From contig NC_042997.1 of the NCBI RefSeq assembly GCF_006345805.1, positions 143,282,001-143,346,000 on the forward strand: a stretch of DNA of 64,000 bases, given 5' to 3'. The notes beneath the pieces are model-generated. The model saw only the letters and a program-made list of their open reading frames with translations, ran no database searches and had not been told where the DNA came from. A program made the position numbers and the translations under genes. Within the stretch, counting starts at the first letter, position 1. Every line of letters starts with the position of its first letter. Source of the DNA: Octopus sinensis. Lineage: Eukaryota. Positions 1 through 14,105 of the stretch are shown one piece after another.

Positions 1-1486
1 TTACTAGAGTGTGTAGTTGACAAAATCAAAAACAAGCAATGCACGTGCACGAAATTAAAAATATAAAATGGCGACAATTTACCCATCGCACCATGTATAT
101 ATGTGAATGTATGTATCTAGTGTGAATGGGGTGTATTAGTGTTAGTGTGTGTGTTTCAATGTTTACATTCAATACTCACACAAAAATTCCCTGAGGTATG
201 AATAGTGAGTTCCGTTGACATTTCTCTGTCAATAAATCCTCCTGTAGCTCTGCCCTTTTGACAAAAAGCAGAAGGAAAACACCTTTACTTGAGAAACAGT
301 TAAAGGTTAGCAACATGAAAGGCATTTGCCTGTAAAAACAATGCCTCAACTATATATTTTCATCTAATCTATGCTGGCATGGGAAAATGGACATAAAAAA
401 ATGAATGAATTCTTTAGTTTAAACCCTGCTCTTATTATTTTACTCAACAAGACAACATTTTCACTTATTAAAAAAATGCAATTTCCACATTATATTTTCA
501 GTGTGACTAAATCTTTTGATATATACATATACAATAATGCCTTGATATATGAGTTAAATTGTTTCTAGAGACCACTTGTAAAGCAAAATCTCACAAAGCA
601 GAACAATAATTGCCCATAGTAGCAATGAAATTTTATGCTGTCATTTTACATGTAGATGCATCAGAAACTGTTGCCACATACAAAATGATTGTAAACCCGG
701 GGTCTTGTAAAGCAGGTCCTCGAAAAATGAGGTATTACTGTACTTACATACATATGTATGTATATACATACATATATCTATCTATCTATCTATATATATA
801 TATTGAGGGGAGGGTTGTTCCCAGTGATCTTGATATCAAAGGTATTTTATAAACAGAGATAACATTGTATGGCAAGGAAAATAGTTGTTGAAATAAAAAC
901 ATTTCAAACAGGTATAATCACCCTGATATTTTGTTGTCACAAATGCTCTGCTATGCAAGCATTCAACACTCATAACTTATGAGTAGTATATATTTATAGT
1001 TAACCTATATTATTCTGCTATTGTTCTTACATATATATATAATAGGTTTTTACATTTTGTTATTAGGCTTGAAGACATTAAAGGATAAAGGCAGGGTAGT
1101 CAGTTCTTACAAAAGAGCAATGAATGAGTAATAAATATCACAACTATTACAACAAATTGTGTTCAGTGATGTATGAAAAAATGTATGTTTTTTGATCAGC
1201 TGAAACTGATTTAATTTTGCTATCTTTTCAGTTGATCTGTTTACCTTACTTATGTTAGTAATGTTGAAGGGTTGGGCATGAACGCTACTTTATCCTGTTC
1301 TCCACCCCTTTGCTTCCATAGACTACAGAAACTATGTTGCATTAAAAGAAACCTGTATGTCAACATTTTAAAGTGACTTGTATTTTAAAGGTCATGAATT
1401 GAACCGGAGGTAAATATTTTTGCTATCTAGATATAGAATAACTTATTGCTGGGGGGATGGGGGGCTTTAAGATTAATTAATCTTCA

Positions 1487-1660
1487 TCATCATCATCATT
1501 TAACTTTCATGCTGGCATGGGTTTGATGGTTTGTCAGGAGCTGCACTAGGCCTCAGTTCTAAGTTCTGGCATGGTTTCTATGACTGGATGGCCTTCCTCA
1601 CCCCAACCACTTTACAAAGTATACTGGGTACTCTTACATGGTGCTGGCACAGGTGCTTTT
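1487..1660 (-). mobile_element. R-family short element (RTE-type 3' end with (GAT)n tail), degraded
   Basis: (cat)n followed by ttaactttcatgctggcatgggtttg...ggatggccttcc...ccaaccact, matching better copies at 12505 and 18893. Confidence 0.7.
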
Positions 1661-3683
1661 TTAATTAATCACAAAAGTAGAATGCTAAGACAAAACATTA
1701 ATGATACCATTATTATTCTATAGCATATCTAAATGACCAAAGTGTTTATCTCTAGTTCAGTTTATGACTTAACTAAATAGCAGAATATTAGCTTATATTT
1801 TCAAATGTCCAAAGATGTTATGGTCCAAGTCCAATGAGAATGGCAATGGTTCCTTAATTTCCTTAAGATTTTATCTGTAAAGGGATCATATTTTCTCATT
1901 TACTTAAACATGAATTGTCTCATCTTTGGCATTATAATTCAATAGTTAAAGTTCTACTTTTTCTTTTTTGGATAAGGCTAAGTCTCTTATAGAAGGGAGA
2001 TAAGGTGGGACAATTAATCAAGCTGTGAGTCAGAAACGTATATCGACAAGTATCCTCTTATCTCCAAACAATAAGCCTGTCTATTGCTTATATTAGTCAG
2101 ATTACATTGTTCTTGTTCTGGTCTTTGTGTTTCATGACATTTTTCGCTTCAGTTGACTTTTTTTTGTGAATTACCATAGTACTTTACCTGGGATTGAACT
2201 CAGAAACTCTAGGTGACTGAACTGCGTTAACCAACATCTTAATGGAATGTTAATTTTGGAGAATTTCTGATTCTTGAAATTATCTCTACTTCACATATGG
2301 AGATGGTCCTAACTGCCATTTGGTAATTATGATACATCCTTTTAAGTTTGAGATAATTTTAATACATCAATAATTTATGTATGGTATTTGATATACCTGT
2401 ATTTGTCTATGTTGTTCAAATTCATGTTACTGGCCACTCTGAAATATTTCTCTTAGTTCATTTTGGTTAAAGTTTATTGTCTATTTATAATAGTTATTTT
2501 TTATCTTTAGATTATGACTAATTTCTCTTCCCCTTCAGCTGAGACTTGTTTGATGGCAATCCCTCTTATATTCTTCTCTTTCTTTCTATGGTGTTACATG
2601 ACTTGTCTTATTTAGTCTAGTATAATTGGGGCAAACATGATTTCATCATCATCATCGTTTAACATCTGCTTTCAATGCTGGCATGGGTTGGACACTAATC
2701 ATATTTCACTTGTAATCAACTAATGAGTGTGGTACTACATAGCAAGTTGTTATACAACCACTTGAAATGTATGAATCAAATGCATTTGAAAATATCAGGA
2801 ATTGGTTTTGTGATTATTCTAATAATATATGACTTATGTTAATAACAACCTAGCCTATCTCTGCTAGGATAATATGATTATAATGATTATAGGAGTGGAA
2901 TAGTGATCTGGATGCTGAGTTGGAAATATTTGGTTAAGTGTACTCTATCAAGGTGTACAACTGAATATGTAAATTGGTGACAGGAAAAGCATCTGACTAT
3001 ACAAAATCTGCCTCCACAAATTCTGTCCAACTCATGCAAGCATAGAAAACTGGACATTAAAATGATGATTATACACACATGCACACACACATACACACAC
3101 ACGCTCTCCCCCATATATCATCATTTTCATTTAACATCTGCTCTCTATGCTGGCATGGGTTAGATGGATTGACTGGAACTGATGAGGTTGGTAAGCAAGC
3201 TACTTACGACACAGTCACTCCTAGGTCTAATCTTTTATTTGTTTCAGTCATTGGAATGTGACCTTGCTGGAGCGCTGCTTTTCTTTAGTCAAACAAATCA
3301 ACCCCAGTGCTTGTTTTAAGTCTGGTAATTATTCTAATGGTTTCTTTTTCTAAACCACTAAGGTATATGGATGCAAACAAAACCGACACTAGTAGTCAAA
3401 CAGTAGGTGTGATCTAAATTAAAACCATCCCTCAAAATTTCAAGTTAATTTATATTCTAGACACCAGCTTAATAATTCTAATTTATGCTCCAGGCCAGCA
3501 AATTTATGAAGAAGGGGTTAAGTCATTTGTATTGATTGTAGTACTGGACTGGTACTTTACTTCATTGACCCTAGGGGGATGAAAAGTAAAGTTGATCATG
3601 GCATTATTTAAACACAGAACATAAAGTGTTGGAAGAAATGCCACTAAGCATTTTGTCCAACATGCTAACACTTGCTTCATAAT

Positions 3684-4138
3684 CCTTTCTACAATAGGCA
3701 CAAGGCCTGAAATTTTGGGGGAGGGGGCCAGTTGACTAGATCGACCCCAGTACACAACTGGTACTCAAAGGTGGTCAGCTGGCAGAAACGTTAGCACGCC
3801 GGGCAAAATGCTTAGCGGTATTTCGTCTGCCGTTACATTCTGAGTGCAAATTCCATCGAGGTTGATTTTGCCTTTCATCCTTTCGGGGTTGATAAATTAA
3901 GTATCAGTTACACACTGGAGTCGATGTAATCGACTTAATCCGTTTGTCTGTCCTTGTTTGTCCTCTCTGTGTTTAGCCCCTTGTGGGTAGTAAAGAAATA
4001 GGTACTTAAATTATCAACCCCGAAAGTTCGAATGGCAAAGTCTACCTCAGCAGAATTTGAACTCAGAACGTAGTGATGGGGGAAATACTGCTAAGCATTT
4101 CATCCAGCATGCTAATGGTTCTGCCAACTCACCACCTT
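3684..4138 (-). mobile_element. SINE family B copy, split by a younger B copy
   Basis: Reverse-strand B body (aaggcctgaaattttgggg ... gaactcagaacg ... gctaatggttctgccaactcaccacc) interrupted at ggtact. Confidence 0.75.
3769..4000 (+). mobile_element. SINE family B (tRNA-like head), near full length
   Basis: Head ggtggtcagctggcagaaacgttagcacgccggg, B-box-like gagtgcaaatt, tail ccccttgtgggtagtaaagaaata; flanked by ggtactcaa/ggtacttaa. Confidence 0.85.
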
Positions 4139-4861
4139 ACACTTGCTTAATAATGATTATTATCTTACATTAAGTTTTTTTTCTATTTTTTCAAACTTAA
4201 TAGAAAGACCAACTGTTTCGATGGCTAGCAATGTTGAACTCAATTATTCCTATAAAAGTCTGTATGTGGTATTTGACCTCTTTATTAAATAGCAGCCAAA
4301 TCTATCGTAAATCAGGTACTGAGATCTTAAAAGGATACATCAGACAAAGTCTCTGAAATACAAAAAGTGGAGTGGTCATAACTGGATTGTCTTTGATTAA
4401 AGGCTTGATCAATGAGAGTTGTAAGCTAGTTAAATCTAAGCTAATGAAATACGATTCTTTTATATTTTGGCACAAGACCAGCAATTTTGCGGTGAGGGAG
4501 AGAATCACACCAATTACTCAGACCCCAGTACTTGGTGCTACTTCTTTTATTGACCCCCCCACCTCAAAATGGAAGACAAAGTCAATATCAGCAGGATAAT
4601 AACAATAATAATGGTTGCAAATTTCAGCACAAGGTCAGCATTTAGGAGTAGGAGTAAGTTGATTACATTGACCCCAGTGCAGCACTGGATTAACCATTAA
4701 GCAAAATAAGCATGTGATTAGGGCATCAAGGGAAAGTGGGGCACCACAGAAATGGTAAATGGTTTACAGCACAAAAGAAATCACCTCAAACTTGCTAAAA
4801 TAGACATTATTGTCTCTTTATAAATGTAGACATTGTCTTTTGTATATTTTTAACATCAATA

Positions 4862-5284
4862 GGCACAGGAGTAGCTGTGTGGTAAGTAGCTTACTTACCA
4901 ACCACAGGGTTCTGGGTTCAGTCCCACTGCGTGGCACTTTGGGCAAGTGTCTTCTACCATAGCCTCGGACCGACCAAAGCGAGTCGATTTGGTAGATGGA
5001 AACTGAAAGAAGCTTGTATATATACATGTGTGTGTGTGCGTGTGTGTGCGTTTGTATGTGTGTGTGTGCATGTATATGTTTGGGTGTCTGTGTTTGTCCC
5101 CCCGCCCTACATCACTTGACAACCGATGCTGGTGTGTTTATGTTCCCATAATTTAGCGGTTCAGCAAAAGAGACCAATAGAATAAGTTAGAATAAGTCCT
5201 GGGGTCGATTTGTTTGACTAAAGGTGGTGCTCCAGCATAGCTGCAGTCAAATGACTGAAACAAATAAAAGAATAAAAAAGAGTA
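4862..5284 (+). mobile_element. SINE family A (tRNA-like head, CORE-like segment, internal microsatellite)
   Basis: gtagctgtgtggtaag...gggttcagtccc head; ggcactttgggcaagtgtcttc; internal (TG)n; tail gactgaaacaaataaaagaat. Confidence 0.85.
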
Positions 5285-5669
5285 TTAATGGTCACAAATT
5301 GTCCAGCCAATCATTCATTTTCTCAGTTGATGTATATTAAAAATCCCATCAGAACAATACTGCAACAAAGCAGGCTGAATGCCTTATGTCTACTAAATAT
5401 AGAAGCAATTGTATTACATAAAATTAATTTTGAGAATCTGATCAAAGACTTTGCAATTAAAAAAACGTAGGAGAAAACTTTACAAACATAAACAAAATGG
5501 AGATATACAAAAATAAACATTATTTGCCATCTTACTGTTAGTTGTGTTTCATTATGAAAAATACCAGTTTATTTCATGGATCATTATTGTTGTTTATATT
5601 TTGAATTATGTATATGTGGGGACACCAAACTCTTTTAAGTGTTTAGGGCCTCTATAGGTCTTAATCTTA

Positions 5670-5830
5670 ATCTGGTCCAGCCCCAGTGCTCAACTTGGGA
5701 CATATTTTATTCTCCCCCAAAAGGATGACAGGCTAAGTTGACCTTGGCGGATTTGAACTAAGAACATGAAGACGGATGAAATGTTATTAAGCATTTTGCC
5801 CACTGTGCTAACGATTCTACCAGCTTGCTC
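5670..5830 (-). mobile_element. SINE family B fragment
   Basis: ccccagtgctcaact...aagttgaccttggcggatttgaact...gctaacgattctaccagct. Confidence 0.7.
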
Positions 5831-5834
5831 CAGC

Positions 5835-6700
5835 AATAATAATAATGATAATAATAATAATAATAATAATAGTGGCTGACGATATGTGCATCTCTGATCA
5901 TGTGCAGAAGTAGTGGGGGAGCATCATAGCCATGTGTTGAGAGGGATTCTTTGGGGATTGAATAATTCACCTCTGGAAACATGGGTGTTTCGTTCAACAT
6001 CCTTAAACAACCATTATTCAGGGACCTTTTGAGCAGGATGGGTTACTCGACCAGAAGAAAATTCTTACTGGGCCCCACCTGCAAGGTCATGTGCTGTTTA
6101 TCTTGATATGAGATCACCATGTCACACACATATGGTTGTGATGCATGTGAAATGCCCTGATGCAGTACCAGACAGTGGCTCTCTTGGCTTCTGATCTTAA
6201 CTGATTGGAAGTGTTATCATGTACATTGTTTTGTCTTGATATAAAAGATGGGCTACAGCAAATATTCAGCTCAATACCACATATTTGCTTGTCAGTTGTT
6301 TGACCATAACCAGTTGAGCATGTCCTTTAGTGGCTGATGATATGTGTATCTCTGATCTCAAGCAGAAGTAGTGGAGGAGCATCATAGCCATGTGCTGAAA
6401 GGGATCCTTTGGGGTTTGAATAATTCACCTTTGGAAACATGGGTGTTTCGTTCAACATCCTTAAACAACCCTTATTCAGGGACCTTTTGAGCAGGATGCG
6501 TTACTCGACCAGAAGAAAATTCTAACTGGGCCTCACCTGCAAGGTCATGTGCTGTTTATCTTGATATGAGATCTCCATGTTGCACACATATGGTTGTGAT
6601 GCATGTGCCTAGTGTACCCTTATCAGATGGTAGTCATGATAGGTATACTGGGCTTCGTATATTTTACCCCAGTGTCACTTTGATGGCATGCACTGCTCTC
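5835..6700 (-). mobile_element. (TAA)-tailed short retroelement: full copy plus ~280-bp partial tandem copy
   Basis: 5872-6149 is repeated at ~6330-6607 (agtggctgacgatatg...gatgcatgtg); same family at 63690-64000. Confidence 0.75.
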
Positions 6701-6914
6701 TCGCTCAATAACAATAATAATAGCACTGCTTGGAACTGCTCAAATACTCCAGATGGTGCTTGAAAAATAAGGTGTGTTACCTTAGTTCACTGGTAGTGAA
6801 CAGCTAGCACCATAGTACATCTCCAGTATTAGAAGTAGTGCGAAGACAATAAATAACAATAACAATAATAATAATCAGCATCACCAAACCCATCACCACT
6901 GCCACCACAACCAC

Positions 6915-7048
6915 CATCATCATCATCATTTAACATCCATTTTCCATGCTGGCATGGATTGGAGGGTGCAAGAGGAGCTGGTGAGCCAGAGAACTGTACC
7001 AAGTTCCACTGGCATGATTTCTACAGCTGAATGCCCTTCCGAACACCA
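6915..7048 (-). mobile_element. R-family short element fragment
   Basis: (cat)n ttaacatccattttccatgctggcatgg ... gaatgcccttcc. Confidence 0.65.
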
Positions 7049-7772
7049 TAGGTAATACAATGTATGTGACACATACTATGATGAAATTTACTTCTCCATG
7101 TTACCTCTTAACAGAACATGAATGTCTGAATGGACAAATGAGCAAAAGGTTATCGGTTTGTAATTCTATAACTAAAAACTGCATTGTGTTTGAGGCTGAA
7201 ATGTTTAACTCTCAACAGCTAAATCTGCCTTTATATAAAAGCAAGATGACTTTGAAAATATAAATAAAAGAAATAGAGAAGGACAGAGTGAGGTGATATT
7301 ATTACATATACATATTGTACATTGACCTACCAAATCAATATTGTTGCGTATTGAAGATTTGCACATCAAAGTTGAAATATTTAGTATTTAACTATGATTC
7401 AATGAACAGAAATCAAGATGTCTGAAAGGTCAGATACATTACATATGTACACACTCACACACACACATACAACAATACTCATACATATATAATTTTTACT
7501 AGTTTCAGTCATTTTGTATGTATACTATATGCACATTTATATATGCATAATGTACAGGAAATTATATATATATGTGTGCATGTACATATATATATAAATG
7601 CACACCTGCTTAGTGTTGACAGCTGAGTAAAAGAATACTTGATACCATAGTTGAGATTAATAATATTTTACTTGAGTTAGTATCTTGCTAGATCCTGTGC
7701 ACCCACAGTAGAACTCAGAGTAGCAAGAGATTAACTTGACCATAAGAAAATCATATCAGATCATATATATAT

Positions 7773-8174
7773 ATTCTTTCTTTATTCTTTTATTTGTTTC
7801 AGTCATTTGACTGCAGCCATGCTGGAGCACTGCCTTTAGTCAAGCAAATCGACCCCAGGACTTATTCTTTGTAAGCCTAGTACTTATTCTATTGGTCTCT
7901 CTTGCCAAACCTCTAAGTGACGGGGATGTAAACACATCAGCATCGGTTGTCAAGCGATGTTGGGAGGGACAAACACAGACACACAAACATATACATACAC
8001 ACACATATATACGATGGGCTTCTTTCAGTTTCCATCTACCAAATCCACCCACTAGGCTTTGGTCAGCCCAAGGCTATAGTAGAAGATACATGCACATAAT
8101 GTCATGCAGTGGGACTGAACCCGGAACCATGTGGTTGGTAAGCAAGCTACTTACCACACCGTCACTCCTGCACC
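7773..8174 (-). mobile_element. SINE family A, full length
   Basis: Reverse complement of the 4862 and 29762 copies over its whole length. Confidence 0.85.
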
Positions 8175-8419
8175 TATATATATAAAGAAAGCAGAAAATG
8201 GAGATAACATTGATAAACAACAAGTGATTTACATAAATTATTATTCATTAATAATTTCCAAAAGGATGTAAATCAATTGTTGTTCATCAAAGTAATCTCC
8301 AGGTTTCTGTTTTCTTTAAATTTTGATTCCTGATAAGCTCTTGTTTATCCTTGCCTTTACCTATAATTTATGAGCATAACATTTTTGCCCATGTTTAAAT
8401 ATAGGTAATATACTGGTAG

Positions 8420-8610
8420 TGTCTGGCAGAAATGTTAGCAAGCTGGGCAAAATGCTTAGCAGTGTTTTGTCTGTCTTTACATTCTGAGTTCGACATTGCC
8501 TTTCATCCTTTCAGGGGTCAATAGATTAAGTACCAGTTTTGTACTGGGGGTTGATCTAATTGATAGGCACCCTCCCCACAAAATTTTGGGCCTAGAGTAG
8601 AAAAGAATAT
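8420..8610 (+). mobile_element. SINE family B
   Basis: ctggcagaaatgttagca...ctgagttc...gcctttcatcctttc...ttaagtaccag. Confidence 0.75.
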
Positions 8611-8698
8611 ACCAGAAGTGTTTGGGATACTTTTATCCCTTAGATGGTTATTTTAACCTCTAACTCAACTAACCTTACATATACATATATATACTGTT

Positions 8699-8926
8699 GT
8701 GTCTGGGGAGAGTCATTTTCTTTCTGTGCCTTATAATATAACACACACCGGTAAAATTTCCACTTTTTTTCTTATATTTATTTTCCTAAAATTTTCGTTG
8801 TCTTGCAACCAGAGTCAAAACTATTGTAAAGGTAAGATGCAACGAAAATTTTAGGAAAACAAAAATAAGAAAAAAGTGGAAATTTTACCGGTGAGTGTGT
8901 TATATTATAAGGCACAAAAAGAAAAT
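8699..8926. mobile_element. MITE-like fold-back element (terminus GTGTCTGGGGAGAGT), right end truncated
   Basis: ~90-bp arms: gtgccttataatataacacacaccggtaaaatttccactttt...aaaattttcgttg vs caacgaaaatttt...aaaagtggaaattttaccggtgagtgtgttatattataaggcac; relative at 44394. Confidence 0.75.
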
Positions 8927-8932
8927 ATATAC

Positions 8933-8971
<39 letters not shown>

Positions 8972-11900
8972 TTATATATTCTAATATGTTGTAATATATT
9001 TTAATAAATATAAATTTACAACACCCAAAGCACTTGGCTCTACAGGATCTTAACCATCCAGGAGGATTGCAATGCAGACAAATTGCACAGAATGTGATAG
9101 CAGATGGGTATCCAGGAGTCATACCCTGGACACAGTCCTAATTTTTTTGAGTGTAAGGAGTTAAGAGCTGAAACCCTAGTATGAGGGGCTCTTGTTCTCT
9201 GAAGGCCTGCTACTGCTCAGCTCTCCTTAGAGTTTATATAGAAACATATCTTTTCATAAGTGCACATGCACACACACCAACACATACATCCATTAATTTA
9301 AATTTATAAATAATATAATTTTAAAATGTGACATATATGTTGAGCTACATTAAACCACACCATTACACATGACTGAATGACAGACTTTGTGTGTATAAGT
9401 AGTGCAGTCAAGTTTCTTTTTAAATAAGTCAGCCACAAATCTTTGCATGTGCCCCTTAACAAGTTTTAAACAGAAAAATAAATGTGAACAGGTAAGAAAA
9501 TTAAATATTTTGTGAGGAACAATTGAACAGTGAAGTATTTCAGTAGAACACTTGGAATAAAGATACTATAGGAGTAACAAAAGAAGAGATTATTGTGTCT
9601 GTTATGCTTGGCTGGAGGAAATATGCAGAGGTTATTGCACTTAATGAAAGAACTTGAAGTTTATCGTTGAGTGAATCTTTGCTAACTATTTGAACAGTGT
9701 TCTTTTTGATGTAGTCTCAGATGTTTGCATGTATGTAGCAGAAGCAGTATCTCACACATGTACTCACACACATACACACATATGTAAATAATCACCATTA
9801 TTTGACGTCCACTTTTCCAATGCTTGCATGGGTAGACGGAACTTTTTCAGGCAAATTTTCTATTTTCGTACAGTCAGATGCCTTTCTTGTTGCCAGCCCT
9901 GACCTGCTGCCAAGCAAAGTAATACACATACACTCACATGTATGTTTTAGAATACATTACTCAAAAGCTGTTAGGTAATATCAAGTTAGTTCAACCTAAT
10001 TATGTGGCCCATTTAAGTTAACAATCAATATCTTGCATGGATAACATCTGGTATATTCATAATGAAAAGAAGATATGCCTTGCACAGTCTCACACTATCT
10101 TACTTGATCATAGTTTAACATTGGCAGAAACAAAGCAATACTAAGATCCTGGGGTATCACAAATGATTGAAGATCAAATATTAAAATGGTTATTAGACCT
10201 ACTAAGTTTTTATTTAGAGAGACTGTCTCCTAAACAAACTATCTTCACATTGATTAAAGAGCACAACTCATTTGGTGGACTTAACATTGTGCTTGTTCAT
10301 TATCTTGAGTATTTCTAACTTTTCAGGTGTCATTGTTAAATAGCTGTTGACCTTACATTGGGTTCATCACCCTTTGACATGTCTTATTTTTGTTTTGCTC
10401 GACTGTAGCAACCCTCCCCATCAGGCTAGCCTTGTGGATGTGTTAGTTTAGTCACTGACAATCAGATCATGTAATAGATTGCACATTTTCACAAGCACTC
10501 AAGAGTGGCCTGACTTGCAACAAAAGGTGGTCTTGTTAACCACTAAGGGGTACATGAACCAAAGCATGCTAATACTAAATCATTGCATCCTGAAAGAACA
10601 TATGCTTGTCAGTAATATAATAAATGTCTTTCTACTGGTGGTCTGAAGATACATATATCTGTACACAATGCCAAATATAATGATTCTGCATTGTATTTAA
10701 CTGAAAAGGATGTTTATGTGATAGCTGCAGTATATGCTGCAAATTATCAGCTGGGTTAAAAAGTCAGTTTTACCTCGTTAAAGTGCATAAAAACTGTAGG
10801 TCTCAACCATCCACTCAACGTCTTGTGCAATTTGGTCTCCAATGGTGAATGAATATCTGTATTGTCTACAAATAAGGCCACATTTGGAGATGTATCCTAA
10901 TACAATGTAGCATTAAAAACTGGCTTTTCTCAAAGAGATATAATACTGTCAAATACTAATAATATGTGACATAAGAATATAAAATAAAGGATCTTAAGAT
11001 ATAATCCTGTCTTCAATCTAGCTGTAAGACTTATATAGTTAGGGAGTTCCTCAAGGTAATCTATAATTTTCTGGCACACAATATATGTCTTATAAAATTC
11101 TTATCAAAATAAAATGCTATGCATGAAAGAATTTTGCAGCTTGTTTTAGGAGTCTCAACACTAAACTGATTACTCAAAATATTTGTAATTCAAATACTGC
11201 TCCTACCCAACATCTGTTACCAATTCCCTACAGTATCCCAAACATAACAAACAGAACTCTTCCAACACCTGTTTCCTGATGTTACCACACTTCACTGTAA
11301 GTACATCTGCTGATATCTGCAAGGCCATCCACAGGAAAGGTCTAGACATACAGCTGGCTTGCTAAAGACTTTCCCTACAGAGATATCTATCTAAGAAATG
11401 GTTCACCAACAACAGATACCTATGCATGCTGGCCAACTACCATATGTGCAGCATTGATATGTGCCTGTAAACTGATGCTGAGTACTATAGCATCAAATGC
11501 AGAGAATATTACCTAGACTTAGGCAATACAATTTAGTCATTACATATCTGAATCAAGGAACACCACTCAAAATTATTATGACAAATACAGAAACATGAAA
11601 ATTGCAGTTACTTTATTAAAGCTTTAGAGTATAACATTGGTAACTTATGAATTAAAGAAGCCATTCTGACACATGTAAAATGAAAAAGAACAAAAAGCTC
11701 CTAGAACACAATCTGCTGCCCGAAATTCCATGTCTTTTCACTTGTAGTCTTTTGACCATTATTACACAAACACAGCTAGTATGTTAGGTGAATAGAATTA
11801 TTTCTCTCTTGTTCTTTTAACACTTCTGAAAAGGAGTACTTTATCCAAAATATCAGGACTAATTAAATACTTATAATGTAACATTTCAATAGCTTTATTA

Positions 11901-12398
11901 TTGTTGTTATCAAGTTCTTATAGTTGATCTACATTGCTATAGCCTTCAATACCATACTAAAAGTCTGCCTGTCTGTGTGTCTCTCTCTCCCTCTCTCCAA
12001 ACACACACACACGAAGACATACACATGCATACATAGAAATGTGACACATAAAATTTTCAATAACATAAATGGAATATTTTCGGTGTTTCAAAAAAATGTT
12101 TGGAGAAACATAATCAACTAAAAAAAAAAAGAAAGAAACATCTAAGAACAGGAGATAAAAATGACTTTTTAAAATAAAATTACAGTGATTTTTTGTCAAA
12201 TTAAAATAGATTGCTTATTCCATTGTGTAATTATGGCGTATAACACTGGCAAAAAATAAAAGTCCAGTTATTGCGGTTAACAAAATTTATTTTGTATCAG
12301 TTGGTGATATTAAATATTCACAAGTTCATGATTATAAATGGTTTTTACTAAAATCACATTAGCATATTACTGTTCAATGTATATTCTATTTCAAATGC

Positions 12399-12424
<26 letters not shown>

Positions 12425-12435
<11 letters not shown>

Positions 12436-12785
12436 GCATACATGTAATATAATATATGCAATATAATATATATATAATATAATGAACATAACAAAAAATA
12501 ACAATCATCATCATCGTTTAACGTCCGTTCTCCATGCTAGCATGGGTTGGACGGTTCGACCGGGGATCTGGGAAGCCAGAAGGCTGCACCAGGCTCCAGT
12601 CTTATCTGGCAATGTTTCTACAGCTGGATGCCCTTCCTAATGCCAACCACTCCGTGAGTGTAGTGGGTGCTTTTTACATGCCACCTGCACAGGTGCCAGG
12701 CGAATATATATATATACATATACATACATGTAATATAATATATGCAATATAATATATATGTAATATAATGAACATAACAAAAAAT

Positions 12786-12828
<43 letters not shown>

Positions 12829-12913
12829 TATATATATATATATACATATACATACATGTAATATAATATATGCAATATAATATATATGTAATATAATGAA
12901 CATAACAAAAAAT

Positions 12914-12920
<7 letters not shown>
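12425..12920. repeat. AT-rich minisatellite, three copies of a ~75-bp unit, interrupted by an R element
   Basis: catacatgtaatataatatatgcaatataatatat...gaacataacaaaaaataacaat at ~12430, ~12720 and ~12850. Confidence 0.85.
12505..12701 (-). mobile_element. R-family short element, young copy
   Basis: catcatcatcgtttaacgtccgttctccatgctagcatgggttggacgg...ggatgcccttcctaatgccaacc; CpGs retained. Confidence 0.85.
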
Positions 12921-12965
<45 letters not shown>

Positions 12966-13723
12966 TAGAGTTTACTATGAAATATCTTTTAGTTTTAAAT
13001 TAAGTCAGTCTACTTTGAAGATTTCACTTTGAACAGCCTGAATGGTAAATTCTAAAATGTACTAAAAATTAATTTTTACTAAATATTACAAAACAAATAC
13101 TTGATAAATTATATAAGGCACTGGGTTCCAGCCAATTTTGACTTCCACTAGTCCAAATGCTTTTCCTTTTTCTCATTTCGTTATTGAAAATTTACTGCTG
13201 ATTTTAATGTCTCTTTTGTATTGATGTTTAAGTTTTTTTTTTTTTTCACCTTTTTATGATTTACAGTATTGATTTGATGGCTCATGTGCAAAACTTTGAA
13301 TTATTATTTGACTTTTTGAAGTTAAAAGTAATTTATAAAATGGAACTCCTACATGCTACATATATCTCTGTCAAATTACATTAGTCAAAAACACGTTTCC
13401 AAGGTAATATAGCTGCTGTCCCCCTCCCCACTTGACAAGAATGTTAAAAAATAAATTCTTGGTATTGAATAATTATGGAAATTCACATGTGGTTAAGAAG
13501 TTTGTTTTGTAACGACAAAGTTTAGGGTTTGTTTCCACTCTAGGATTGTGGGCAGGTATGTTTACTATAACCTTGGGCTGACCAATGCCTTGTAAGTATA
13601 AATGGGAGCAAAAACTCTAGGAAGCTTGTTCTATATATATATATATGTTGTAATCCAAAGTTGGACTGTTATAATGTCCACTTTAGTATAGCAGCATAGT
13701 TAGACAAGTAAGACATGACAATT

Positions 13724-13929
13724 TATTCTTTTATTCTTTTACTCGTTTCAGTCATTTGACTGTGGCCATGCTGGAACACTGCCTTTAGTCGAACAAATTG
13801 ACCCCAGGACTTATTCTTTGCAAGCCTAGTACTTATTCTATCAGTCTCTTTTGCTGAACCACTATGGGGATGTAAACACACCAACATTGGTTGTCAAGCA
13901 ATGGTGAGGAGACAAACACAGACACACAA

Positions 13930-13966
<37 letters not shown>

Positions 13967-14105
13967 GTTTCTTTCAGCTTCCATCTACAAAATCCACTCA
14001 CAAGGCTTTGATCAGCTCGAGGCTATAGTAAGACACTTGCCCAAAGTGCCATGCAGTGGGACTGAACCCGGATCCATGTGTTTGGTAAGCAAACACACCT
14101 GTGCC
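13724..14105 (-). mobile_element. SINE family A
   Basis: Full reverse-strand match to the family A copies. Confidence 0.85.

Noticed and set aside
60-100. AAAATGGCGAC (start-codon or YY1-like) with a nearby CACGTG
   Set aside because: Only 9 codons before a weak donor, at the window edge, with no supporting exon.
5876-5995. CTGACGA...GAAAC in the TAA-tailed element as a hammerhead
   Set aside because: About 100 nt between the core halves and no stem I pairing.
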